A DNA stretch of 63,605 nucleotides, counting the filler, from Squatina squatina (Eukaryota): NCBI GenBank assembly GCA_031763465.1. It is 4 parts of 4 records of this genome, joined end to end, with 100 filler letters (N's around TTAATTAATTAA, not from the genome) between each part and the next. Parts side by side here need not be neighbours in the genome. Positions count along the whole stretch, not along the records: positions 49,458 to 63,605 come from JARFOE010000219.1; 3 more parts are not named here. The stretch is one strand, 5' to 3'. Each line of letters starts with the position of its first letter. The stretch's first letter is position 1. Positions 49,691 to 60,799 of the stretch are shown one piece after another. A model generated the notes under the pieces. The model saw only the letters and a program-made list of their open reading frames with translations, did no database searches and was not told where the DNA came from. The position numbers were made by a program, and so were the translations under genes.

Positions 49691-50927
49691 TCTGCCCTCA
49701 AGCACAACCCTTTACCTTGGCACCAGGTGCCCGCTGGGCTAGAATCAGTGAGAAGATAGACTGTACATGGCTTGTGTGATCTTGATCCAAATTGTCTTTT
49801 CCTATTCGGTGTATTCTGACAGAATCATAGAAATTTCTGTGCAGGAGGAGGTCATTCAGTCTGTCACGTAACTCTAATCCCATTGCTTCACCCTCTGGAA
49901 TCTTTTAATATTTTTCCTTTTCAACTGCTTATCCAATTCCCCTGAATGTGTAGGACTGCAATTTCTCACCCTGGTTTACTTTAACAGGCAAGAACACTTG
50001 GTTAATGCTGCCAGCTACCTTTCCAAAATCTGACCCCGAAAATTAATGACAGACACCAAATGAGTATTGTTTGCACTCTGTGTGGTAATCTTTACTGAGT
50101 ATTTGATCAACCAGTTATCAATAATACACCTTGAGCTGCTTGACTGTGTTATAATTACCAGTTCCTCAATTTCCCTGCATGCTCACAATCGTCCTGGGTG
50201 GTCAGTCCGCTGACGGGGTCATGGAGCAATGTCTTCCAGTGACTGACCAAGTCACCCCCTTCCTTGACTGCAGTGCCCCTTGACGTTTTGGGCCGTTCCT
50301 TTAAGGTCAATTTCTGCGCTGGTGCCAGCAGGTCTGTTCCATTCCCTGTGGGGCCCCAGGCCCAGTTTCTATTCCTTTGTTCGTTCTCCACACCTGTCTT
50401 GGTGTGTGATATTTGTTCGGACTCTGCCCTCATTGACTCCATGGTTGCACTGCCACATTCCTCAGTAATAGTTTTGTTATCTTCTTTGGTTTCGCTGCTC
50501 CCGTCTTCCATTCTCACCATCAATACACACAAGATTACATCGGGACCAGTTCCTATTTCCACAGCCAGCAGCTCGCAGACATGTACACATAAAATGTATC
50601 AACATGAATTACAGCTTTCGCAATACATACAGTTATACGGGATTTTTAAAAGAGAAGGATTTTAACCCTTACAGCTGCCCTCTGGTAGACAAGTCATGCA
50701 GAGTAGGGCTTAGTGCTGGACAGGATACTACCAGTACATTTTGGACAATTTGGAGTTCATGGGACATGAACAAAGGAAGGCAGGGTGCTGCATTTACTTG
50801 TTTCCAATCCAAAATCCTCTTAAGTGGATTGATTCTTGTTTGGGTGCTGAGTGTTGTGATATTTCCTAATGGTGACAGCCCACCGATCCTTGAGTATTTG
50901 TTTGAACAGTTGCCTTTTGTGTTTCAG

Positions 50928-51057
50928 AAGATGAAGGATGACTCAGACAGCGATAAATGGCAGCAGATTCACCACATTCAGAACCTGTTTGCTTTCAATC
51001 TGTTCTGCCAAAAACGCTTCGACGACTCCATGCAGGTTTTCGCTAAGCTTGGCACAG
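50928..51057 (+). CDS. VPS39: VPS39 (HOPS subunit Vam6) exon
   Basis: Acceptor ttttgtgtttcAG and donor G|GTAAGA. Translates KMKDDSDSDKWQQIHHIQNLFAFNLFCQKRFDDSMQVFAKLGT. Confidence 0.95.
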
Positions 51058-51829
51058 GTAAGAACGTGGCTGTATGTTTTTTAAATGGTTTTTGAACCAA
51101 GGCCCACAGTGCACCAAGTTTGAAGAGCAGATGAGTTGAAGCTCTAGTCAACATATTACTTATAATTCTTGCTTCCCCTCCGAGAATCATGAATTGGTGA
51201 CGAGATGATGCCAAGCTTGTGTTTTAAATGGTTGCAGATCTTGTGAAGAAGAAGTGATTTAAGGTGGTAGGGTGATGCAGAGTTTTAAAGTTCAAAGAAT
51301 GAATGAGTTAGAGTCAGAGACTGTGTGATGAATCATGATCCAACAGAGTGGTAGATGATGCAGAAAGGGGGAAGACCATTTAGGACAACTCAGTTGGAAC
51401 ATAGGAGGAATGAGAAAAGAAACATGAGCACAATATCAATAAAATAAGACAAACACTCCAATTCTGCGAGTTAGTGAATGTAATTTGTGTTTTAATTCAC
51501 GATTTTTATACATTTACAGATACAACATTTTAACTGAGACTCTGGAGGGAGCTGTTCTAGATAACAGATTCTATGGAGGTAGCTGTGCACCATATTATGT
51601 GAATAACGTAAGATTCAGAAAACCATACAATTTAGAATTCTACAGTCCTGAGGTAATTATACATTGTGAGGACAATCTGTGATTTTCTTTTTAAATGTAG
51701 AGATTATTTTGTACTGTAGATTCTGTATGTGCTTATTTAAAGTTTTTAAACTATTGTTGAGTTTGACCACCAAAAGAAACAACTTGCATTTATACAAAAA
51801 CAAAATGCTGCAGATGCTGAAAATTGGAA

Positions 51830-51926
51830 ATAAAAACAGAGAATGCTGGAAATGCACAGCAGGTCAGGCGGCATCTGTGGAGAGAGAAACAGAGTTGTTT
51901 CAGATCGATGACCTTTCATCAGAACT
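51830..51926 (-). mobile_element. Penelope-like repeat with hammerhead core
   Basis: Minus strand AGTT-CTGATGA-A-AGGTCATCGATCT-GAAAC-AACTCT plus the conserved tail. Confidence 0.7.
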
Positions 51927-52470
51927 TGCATTTATGTAATGCCTTTAACGTAGCAAAATGTTCCAAAGCGCTTCAAGCCTGATAAGGAGATATTAGGACA
52001 GGAAAGAGGTAAGCTTTAAGGAGCGTCTTAATGGAGAAGAGAAAGATAGGGAGGCAGAGAGGTTTAAGGAGGGAATTTCAGAGCCTAGAGCCCAGGCAAC
52101 TTAAGGCATGGCTACTAATGAAGTGATTAAAATCAGAGATGNNNNNNNNNNNNNNNNNNNNNNNNNNNNNNNNNNNNNNNNNNNNNNNNNNNNNNNNNNN
52201 NNNNNNNNNNNNNNNNNNNNNNNNNNNNNNNNNNNNNNNNNAGAAGTAATAGTGTTATAGTTTGGAGGTCCTGAGAAGCAGTGAGTTGGAAACTGTATGA
52301 TTTCAACATATGAGAATGCAAGGGAGGGTGTAGTACTGTGAATTTGGTGCTCGCGAGAAATGAGAGGAGGCAGTTCAGAGGGATGCTATCTATAAACTGA
52401 AGGTTTGAGAGAAACATTTGGATTTCAAATGTTAACTTTTTAAGGGGCACAGGAGCAGCGAGAATCACTT
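51927..52470 (-). mobile_element. L2 LINE fragments (3' end and ORF2 piece) across a gap
   Basis: L2-type tail (rc of ttgcatttatgtaatgcctttaacgtag) and a purine-rich ORF2 antisense pattern (gagggaatttcagagc..., gaggaggcagttcagagggg). Confidence 0.65.
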
Positions 52471-52703
52471 AATTTGGACAATTCTAAAGCTATTGATCTC
52501 TGCTGCAGTTTTTGGGCAGTCTTTGTTTTAGCAGGAAAGTGGAGTTGGGATCGAAGATCAGCCATGATATTGAATGGCTGAGTCGGCTCGAGGGGCCTTA
52601 TGGCCTACTTCTGCTTCCAATTCTTATGTTATATTTCCAAGTGGAGCTGAATTATATCCATGTGTTCCCTTTATTGTTAACTTTATTTTGTTTGATTTAT
52701 CAG

Positions 52704-52846
52704 ATCCCACCCATGTGATTGGGCTGTACCCAGACCTGTTGCCGGCTGATTACAGGAAACAACTTCAGTACCCAAATCCTCTTCCCACACTATCGACTGC
52801 AGAGTTGGAGAAAGCACATTTAGCACTCATAGACTACTTGACGCAG
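52704..52846 (+). CDS. VPS39: VPS39 exon
   Basis: Acceptor tttatcAG and donor CAG|GTAAAC. Translates (D)PTHVIGLYPDLLPADYRKQLQYPNPLPTLSTAELEKAHLALIDYLTQ. Confidence 0.95.
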
Positions 52847-53342
52847 GTAAACACACTTGGGGGATCATAACCTAACTGATTTGGATACACCTGGGAAGGG
52901 AGTATAAGGCCTTATACATAACATGAATGAGTACACAGTGGGGCTCGGCCTGTATGATTTGAATGCATCCTGCGGAGGAGCTGGAGGGTTTGTTCAGTAT
53001 CTAACATGAGTAAATGAACCTGAAACAATAGATTGCTTGGCGTGAGTGAATGCACTGGGCAGTGAAGTTTGTACAGCAATGGCACGAGTGAAAGCACCAG
53101 GGTTTGGAGATGGGCGGGGAGATTGGCGCATCTGGTGTGAGTGAATACAATTAAACTTGAGGTGGTTTGTTTCCACCTGTGAGAAGACTTGGAGACTACC
53201 TATTGTGGGTGAACGTGCACTGGGACTTGTAGAATGATGCATGTAGTGATGTGGGAAGAAGGTGCACAGTGGGTTTAAAACCAAAATTCTTAGCATAAAC
53301 CTTCATTAACGTAATGTTTATAATTCTTGCCATTCCTCCAAG

Positions 53343-53483
53343 AAACGAACCCATTTGGTAAAACAACTACATGATTCGGATCCCTCTACCACGTCACCCC
53401 TTATGGAAGGAACCCCAACTATCAAGTCAAAGAACAAATTGCTCCAGATCATCGACACAACATTACTGAAGTGCTACCTTCAC
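53343..53483 (+). CDS. VPS39: VPS39 exon
   Basis: Acceptor cattcctccaAG and donor CAC|GTG. Translates KRTHLVKQLHDSDPSTTSPLMEGTPTIKSKNKLLQIIDTTLLKCYLH. Confidence 0.93.
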
Positions 53484-53860
53484 GTGNNNNNNNNNNNNNN
53501 NNNNNNNNNNNNNNNNNNNNNNNNNNNNNNNNNNNNNNNNNNNNNNNNNNNNNNNNNNNNNNNNNNNNNNNNNNNNNNNNNNNNNNNNNNNNNNNNNNNN
53601 NNNNNNNNNNNNNNNNNNNNNNNNNNNNNNNNNNNNNNNNNNNNNNNNNNNNNNNNNNNNNNNNNNNNNNNNNNNNNNNNNNNNNNNNNNNNNNNNNNNN
53701 NNNNNNNNNNNNNNNNNNNNNNNNNNNNNNNNNNNNNNNNNNNNNNNNNNNNNNNNNNNNNNNNNNNNNNNNNNNNNNNNNNNNNNNNNNNNNNNNNNNN
53801 NNNNNNNNNNNNNNNNNNNNNNNNNNNNNNNNNNNNNNNNNNNNNNNNNNNNNNNNNNNN

Positions 53861-54370
53861 CTGTTACTATTCTCCCCAGTGTGTACTACATTTCCGAGTT
53901 TCATGTCATCTGCGAACTTTGAAAAGATGTCCTATATATCCAAGCCGAAGTCCTTAATATATATCAAAATGAGCAGTGATCCTAATACCAACCGCTGGGG
54001 AACACCACTGTATACGTCCCTCCAGTCTAAAACACAACTATTCACTACTACTCTCTGCCTTCTATCCCTTAGCCAATTATGCAGCCAGTGCTCCTTTAGT
54101 CTCATGGGCTTCAAATTTGCTAACAGGTTCATTATGTGGTACTTTTTCAAACGCCTTTTTAAAGTTCACATACACAACAACACCTGCATTACGCTCATTA
54201 AACCTCTTCGTTACTTCATCAAAGACCTCAATCAGGTTAGTCGAAATGATTTGCCTTTAACAAATCAGTGCTGGCTTTCATTTATTAATCCATATTTTAC
54301 CAAATGCCAATTAATTTTGTCCTGGATTATTATCTCTAAAAGCTTCCCCACCACCACTATCAGGTTAACA
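53861..54370 (-). mobile_element. CR1 LINE RT fragment
   Basis: Translates WLRDRRQRVVVNSCVLDWRDVYSGVPQRLVLGSLLILIYIKD, and contains a QH...KGKSF motif. Confidence 0.88.
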
Positions 54371-54703
54371 CTAATGTGCCACTAAACACATTTTACAGGC
54401 TACTACATTTTGCATTNNNNNNNNNNNNNNNNNNNNNNNNNNNNNNNNNNNNNNNNNNNNNNNNNNNNNNNNNNNNNNNNNNNNNNNNNNNNNNNNNNNN
54501 NNNNNNNNNNNNNNNNCACTGTCATTTTTCAACTAAACCGAGATAGTGAGTGTTGGCAGGGTATTTTATCATTGGCAGGGGGTGGGGGGGTGTGGTGGTG
54601 GGGGAGGGCATTGACCTGAGATACATCTTTACCCAGTTGACCATTGTGTGATGTCTTTATCAGTTACGTAGTGCTAACTGTTATATGTCCTCCTTCCTCC
54701 AAG

Positions 54704-54821
54704 GAACACATCATCTATACCTGGGAGGAAACAGGGCCAGTCTTCCACAACTGCCTGATCCAACTGTACCGTGAGAAGGTGCAAGCCCTCATGAAGGAAT
54801 ACCTCAACTCTCTACCTGAGG
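54704..54821 (+). CDS. VPS39: VPS39 exon
   Basis: Acceptor tccttcctccaAG and donor G|GTAAGG. Translates EHIIYTWEETGPVFHNCLIQLYREKVQALMKEYLNSLPE. Confidence 0.92.
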
Positions 54822-55769
54822 GTAAGGCCCATGTCTGCAGAGGATCTGTGCTGCACATCAATGCATTTTCTTCTGAGTTTCAAAAAAAAATGTTTTAGTT
54901 TATCTGGTCAATCTTTTCTGCTATTTTTTTTCTCCCCATCTCCCCTGAAAACACTTGCTTGGGACATTACACTGACCTCCAAGAGAAAATCATACCAGGT
55001 TATTTTTTTAATAAGAGCTTGCTTGATGTCTAATGAAATATTGTTACCTTGAGACGGCATCAAATCTTGTACCATTCGGACAAAGTTTAGTAAATACACT
55101 CTTTTTCATGATGGCTTCTGTTTCTCTCCTCCAATCCATTCTCTTTCCTCCAATATCCTCTCTAACTGGGTATGCACTCCAGACACTGGCTCAGATTTAT
55201 AGTCAGTTTTGGTCTTATTTGACTCAACGGCTGATGTGATTGAGTAGAATCAGATACAGTTCCTGCTTAGAAACATAGAAACANNNNNNNNNNNNNNNNN
55301 NNNNNNNNNNNNNNNNNNNNNNNNNNNNNNNNNNNNNNNNNNNNNNNNNNNNNNNNNNNNNNNNNNNNNNNNNNNNNNNNNNNTCCATAAAAGGTGCTGA
55401 CATAACTACAGGTAATGTTGAAAGAGACTTAAGAGTCTTGGTGCACTTGATGCCGAATCATTCCAACCAGTGTAGAGCAGCAATCAACAAGTTCAAATAA
55501 ATTCTGAACTGTACAGCCAATTGCCGTGGAATACGAGTCATTTAAGACCACACCTTGAGTACTCTGTCCAGTAATTCCCACTTGCATATTTTGTCCAACT
55601 CATTTTGTCATTTCTGAGCTACCAGTTTGGTAGGGTTCTTGTCTTCTCCTCACCCCCACCTTTATATAAAAAAAAATAACACATGGCTTTATCAGCCTTG
55701 AGTTGCTTTTTTTAACATCTGAGCATCTTGCATATAGTTTATAATTACCTTGGGTTACTTATTTTCCAG

Positions 55770-55898
55770 ATGAGATTCCTGTTCCTGCTGGAAAGGAGGA
55801 AGGGGAGTTGGGAGAGCACAGGAACAAGCTGTTGTCCTTCTTGGAAATCTCAACATATTATCAGCCCAGCAAGCTCATCAGTGACTTTCCATTTGATG
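55770..55898 (+). CDS. VPS39: VPS39 exon
   Basis: Acceptor ttattttccAG and donor G|GTGAGT, phase-compatible with the previous exon. Translates (D)EIPVPAGKEEGELGEHRNKLLSFLEISTYYQPSKLISDFPFD. Confidence 0.92.
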
Positions 55899-56559
55899 GT
55901 GAGTAGCCAAATGTGCTGACAAAATGCTAATGAACATAGCTTGTATGGGTATTTCATTTTTTGTCTAGACATGTCGTGAGTGTCTGAGGTGGATGTTTGT
56001 GGCTAACGTGAAGTTTTGTTAAATATACAAATGTAATCCATGAAAATTATGAAGTGTTAATCCTTACGGGAGCACTTGTTCCCATATAATTTTGAAAAGA
56101 ATTGAAATTGGAGAAAAATGCTAAAGGTTCATTGCAAGTACCTTTTACTAGTTCAAACCTGTGTTCCCTTATCTTTCTTTCACTATTTAATTAGAACTAA
56201 TGCTGGCCCATTCAACAACGAAAGACTTGCCCTCTGCTTAGTCTCCAGTCTTTCAAAATCCAAGCTTAATTTCATTTAATGACCACTTCCTGATCTTACT
56301 TTAACTTTTNNNNNNNNNNNNNNNNNNNNNNNNNNNNNNNNNNNNNNNNNNNNNNNNNNNNNNNNNNNNNNNNNNNNNNNNNNNNNNNNNNNNNNNNNNN
56401 NNNNNNNNNCCGGATTTCAATTTATACCCCTGCCCCTAATTCAGAGAATGAATGTGCCTTGCATTCCACACAAAAGTTGCTCTTGTACCTATTTGTGATT
56501 ATTTTAAACCATTTATTCTCCTCTTCAGACTGATAACTTATATTTTTTTCCTCCTGCAG

Positions 56560-56641
56560 TGCTTTTGCTCGTTACCCCAATGGAGTTGTGGTCCATTATT
56601 TCTGCTGCAAAGACCGTAGTGTTTGTCCCACAGAGACGTGA
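56560..56641 (+). CDS. VPS39: VPS39 last coding exon
   Basis: Acceptor tttttttcctcctgcAG. Translates (S)AFARYPNGVVVHYFCCKDRSVCPTET*. Confidence 0.93.
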
Positions 56642-57434
56642 GTGTGCCAGCTCAATCAGGATGCAAGATTTTTTTTTGTGCTCAAGATGGACATTTGGAT
56701 AAGATGGACATTCAGATCGGTGGTTTGCCCTTCACTGTTGGACGATGAGTTGGGCAGATGGTATGCAATGTGTGATATATGCTATCTGCGTTGATAGCTA
56801 CATTAATAATTGTGTATAGATACAATTAATGGCATGTCAGCTTTCTGCTTACATTCGGGAGTTTGTGTAAAACTGGAAGCTGTTTCCTGTGTACAGTTGT
56901 ATATTTGACTTTTGCCACTTTATGAAAGACAGTTGCACTACATAATAGCCCATCCCCAGAGTCTGAAAGCACTCTGCCACAGTACTTTCAGTTAGAGCTG
57001 TTGATTTTTAGGCTTCACCAGAGATCAAATTCCTTATGAAGAGATGTGATATTTTGAGGGTTCTTCTCCTTTGTCATGTCTTGCCTCCAGCCCGCTGGTC
57101 ATAGCATTCTCTGGTTTGTAGCTCCTGACTTTTGTTTCCACGTCCCATTTTCTGTGAGTGGTGTGTGCCTTGTTTGAACAATGCATTGTCTAGAAGTGAA
57201 GTGTTCACCACTCCACACTACAGCCTCTGGCTTATCAGTGTTGAAGCGATAAAACTCATTTGACTATCTTTCTATTTGGGATCTTGAATCCATAATTGTT
57301 AAGTGTTGGGTGTATCTGGTCACTTTTTGCCTTAGAATATGCTTATAAGCCCAGCGCTTGAATTGCAAAACATTTTCTTGTACACCATACGACTTTTTTT
57401 CCACTTTTAAATCCAACTTGGTTAAGCAACTTTT

Positions 57435-57440
57435 AATAAA
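57435..57440 (+). terminator. VPS39: candidate VPS39 polyadenylation signal
   Basis: AATAAA about 0.8 kb after the stop, within the same contig. Confidence 0.45.
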
Positions 57441-57702
57441 TGTACAGAACCATTCCCATCTGTTCTCAGGCTGGGCAACAGTTGTGATGCTGCAGTTGAT
57501 TTGGTTCGCCCCCCACCCCCGAGTTAGAAGAAAAGAAAATCAGCCACAGTATCCAGTATCTGGGGTGGAAAGTACAAATGTGTGGATGTTGGAAAAGCAC
57601 AGNNNNNNNNNNNNNNNNNNNNNNNNNNNNNNNNNNNNNNNNNNNNNNNNNNNNNNNNNNNNNNNNNNNNNNNNNNNNNNNNNNNNNNNNNNNNNNNNNN
57701 NN

Positions 57703-57845
57703 GGCAAAAGGAGGAAAATCTTTTTTACACAACGAGTGGTTATGATCTGGAATTCACTGCCTGAGAGGGTGGTGGAGGCAGATCCAATCGTGGCTTTCAA
57801 AAGAGAATTGGATAAACACATGAAACAAAATAATTTGCAGGGCAC
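57703..57845 (+). mobile_element. CR1 LINE ORF2 end fragment
   Basis: Translates RRKIFFTQRVVMIWNSLPERVVEADPIVAFKRELDKHMKQNNLQG. Confidence 0.85.
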
Positions 57846-58213
57846 TGCTCTGGAAAGCATCCATCAATACAATTTCACTTACCTAGCTGAAAACAGGCTA
57901 AATCACCACTGGTTCAGGAGGACACAACAAACATGGTGTATTACTACCGTTCAGTGGCCTCACCCAAAACCAACCACATTACACGTATGCTGGGTGATCA
58001 ATACATATCACACAACTTACCCGGAGGTCATGGGGCAGCATGACCAGCATGCCACTATGGTCCATGAAATAGGCTCCTTCACTACTCTCGTACAGCTTCT
58101 TGTTCTTTGGCATAAATAGCGGCGTATGTAACCAAGTGGCACCTGGGAAAAAAAAAACAACTTTGCACCTTCAATCAGTTATTGGAATATTCAGAACCTA
58201 GGGACAGGGGATG

Positions 58214-58555
58214 AACATTGATCCCAAGGGGTTGGGTTATTCAGTACATTCGAACATTGATCCCAGGGATTGGGTTATTCAGTACATTAGAACATTGATC
58301 CCAGGGGTTGGGTTATTCAGTACAATTAGAACATTGATCCCAGGGGTTGGGTTATTCAGTACATTACAGCATTGATCCCAGGGGTTGGGTTATTCAGTAC
58401 ATTAGAGCATTGATCCCAGGGGTTGGGTTATTCAGTACATGAGAGCATTGATCCCAGGGGTTGGGTTATTCAGTACGTGAGATCATTGATCCCAGGGGTT
58501 GGGTTATTCAGTACATGAGAGCACTGATCCCAGGGTTGGGTTATTCAGTACATAG
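58214..58555. repeat. 38-bp minisatellite, 9 copies
   Basis: Unit a(a/g)cattgatcccaggggttgggttattcagtacat(t/g)ag repeated head-to-tail with no spacers. Confidence 0.95.
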
Positions 58556-59226
58556 AATAATACAGAGCAGCAGGCCATTTGGCCCATTATGCCTGTGCCG
58601 GCTCTTTGGTAGATCTATCCAATTAATCCCGCNNNNNNNNNNNNNNNNNNNNNNNNNNNNNNNNNNNNNNNNNNNNNNNNNNNNNNNNNNNNNNNNNNNN
58701 NNNNNNNNNNNNNNNNNNNNNNNNNNNNNNNNAGGGAAGACCTCGACTCCTCCTCCAACTCCTAGAGCCAGCAGGTACTCTTACTTAATCTAGAGAAAGA
58801 CAGATTCCTTCCAATAGGTGAAGCACTTCACAATCTAGCAACACAAAGACTGTCTGTCTTAAGAGCACCAGATGGATAAGAGTAACTACTGGGAGTGTGA
58901 CAAAAGATTACAAAGAAAAACACCATTTTAAAACTTCAGTCCACGAGATATCCACCAGATAATCTTTTAAAAACTTAAAAAGAATTCCTTGATTACAATG
59001 AATGAATTTAGTGTGTATGCGTCACTCTCTCTGGCAGATAACCACATCTCCCCAAACATATACAGAGCAAACACATATTCATTCCCAACAAACATAAACA
59101 TAACTGATATCCCACACAAACAACATTCTGAGTGCTGCACCAGACAACGTACAAAGAAAGCACTGCCTTCATAGTTTATCCATGTGAGATACAGTATGTT
59201 TAATTGATTTTCAAGTCACTTCTTAC

Positions 59227-59312
59227 CACATTAGCAAGATGATCTGTGGCTAAACCGAAGTCTCCTATTTTTACGTGATCATTGGAATCCAGAAATATAT
59301 TAACAGGTTTCA
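59227..59312 (-). CDS. EIF2AK4: GCN2 kinase exon (subdomains VIb-VII; 5' part in N gap)
   Basis: Translates (L)KPVNIFLDSNDHVKIGDFGLATDHLANV, with donor GTG|GTAAGA. Confidence 0.93.
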
Positions 59313-59399
59313 NNNNNNNNNNCAGGACAGAATGGGCCCAGAAGTTCATCAGCAGAACTGGAATCCATGATTCCTCACACCCTAGTTAAGAACCAGACT

Positions 59400-59850
59400 G
59401 AAATGTGTCAAAGCCACATTGGTTTAACAGTTTGCCATTACCTCGTTCTCACTGAAAATGCTTGAATGCATAACATCTGAAATTTCATATTTTGTTTTTA
59501 AAACCATTACTCTCTCTCACCCCAATCGTTCCCCCGGTACAACACCCATCTCTCCTCCCTTAAGTCCACGGGATGCAAATTTGAACATTTATGGCAGAAA
59601 ACTAGTTTCGACATTCGTCACCAGATCTCGCTGGACCACATAAAGCATCATTGGGTGCTGCTCTCCTCAGCCAAAACTGCTCGCTATTCCAGGATCATCC
59701 TGGAATGCAAAGATAACCCCCGGCTTCACTTCACTACAAACCATCTTCTTAAACCCCTCCAACGACAATTTGTGGAGCTCATGGATTTTTTTTCACTAAA
59801 ATTGAGACAATTGGTTCAGCTGCCTCTACCTCCCTTCCCCTAGCCCACGA
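59400..59850 (+). mobile_element. L2 LINE ORF2 remnant
   Basis: Translates LLSSAKTARYSRIILECKDNPRLHFTTNHLLKPL...ELMDFFSLK. Confidence 0.75.
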
Positions 59851-59972
59851 AGCTAAACGGGGGGCGGGGGGGNNNNNNNNNNNNNNNNNNNNNNNNNNNN
59901 NNNNNNNNNNNNNNNNNNNNNNNNNNNNNNNNNNNNNNNNNNNNNNNNNNNNNNNNNNNNNNNNNNNNNNNN

Positions 59973-60450
59973 TGATCAGAACTGTACAGTGCTCTGGTCA
60001 GGTTGCACCTTGAATACTACATCTAGTTCTGGTCACCAAGACACAAGGGCAACATTCAAGCAATGAAGACGAGCCACAAAACTGATCCCTAGTTCAGGGG
60101 TCTAAAGTAATGAGGAAAGACGGAAGAAACTTGTGTTTTTCAATCTGGAAAGAAGGCATCTGAGTGGTGTGATCTTATAAAGGTTCATATGATTGTTAAG
60201 GGATTGGTCAACGTGGAATATTTTTAATTAAATTGCAAGAGTAGGACAAGTGGGCAGAGGTTGGAGCTAAAAGGCAAATTTTGGATTGATGTCAGCCAAT
60301 GTTTCTTTGCACAGCGAGTGTGGAGTAGACTTTTAAGATAAAGTAGTGAAGGCAAAACTCTGAAATCACTTGGAATGGGGGAGCGGCTTTAAGACTTTAC
60401 CAGATGGTTGAATTTAGACGGCTCATCTATCTTGTAGCTATCTTGTGAAA
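59973..60450 (+). mobile_element. old CR1 LINE fragment
   Basis: Translates LYSALVRLHLEYYI*FWSPRHKGNIQA, followed by a decayed ORF2 end. Confidence 0.7.
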
Positions 60451-60484
60451 TGAGATGTTAGTGAATCACTACACTGGATATAAA

Positions 60485-60573
60485 CAAAAAATGCTGGAAA
60501 AATTCAGTAGGTCAGGCAGCATCTGTGGAGAGAAAAGCAGAGTTAACGTTTCAGGTCGATGACCCTTCGTCAG
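60485..60573 (-). mobile_element. Penelope-like repeat with intact hammerhead catalytic core
   Basis: Minus strand CTGACGA-A-GGGTCATCGACCT-GAAACGTT-AACTCT plus the conserved tail. Confidence 0.72.
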
Positions 60574-60799
60574 GTTTACCTACCTCTTGCCAGTTTATTT
60601 GGGAATAGTTGAAATCTTCCATGATTTTTTTTTACTCATTTCAGGTAGCTTACATCACTACTGGATCTAGAAATGAGATGACCAGAGTAGTTAAGAGAAG
60701 TAAGCGTAGGGCAACATCTAGACACAACGATCATAATGTAATAAGGTTTAACATAAGGCTTGAGAAAGATGTAAGACAAAGACCAAAGTAATAGATTGG

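Noticed and set aside
50264-50665. 133-aa plus-strand ORF as an extra VPS39 exon
   Set aside because: No similarity to VPS39. It is the antisense shadow of the minus-strand ORF at 50155-50520.
58214-58555. CRISPR-like periodic repeat
   Set aside because: Units are contiguous with no unique spacers, there are no cas genes, and the DNA is vertebrate. It is a minisatellite.
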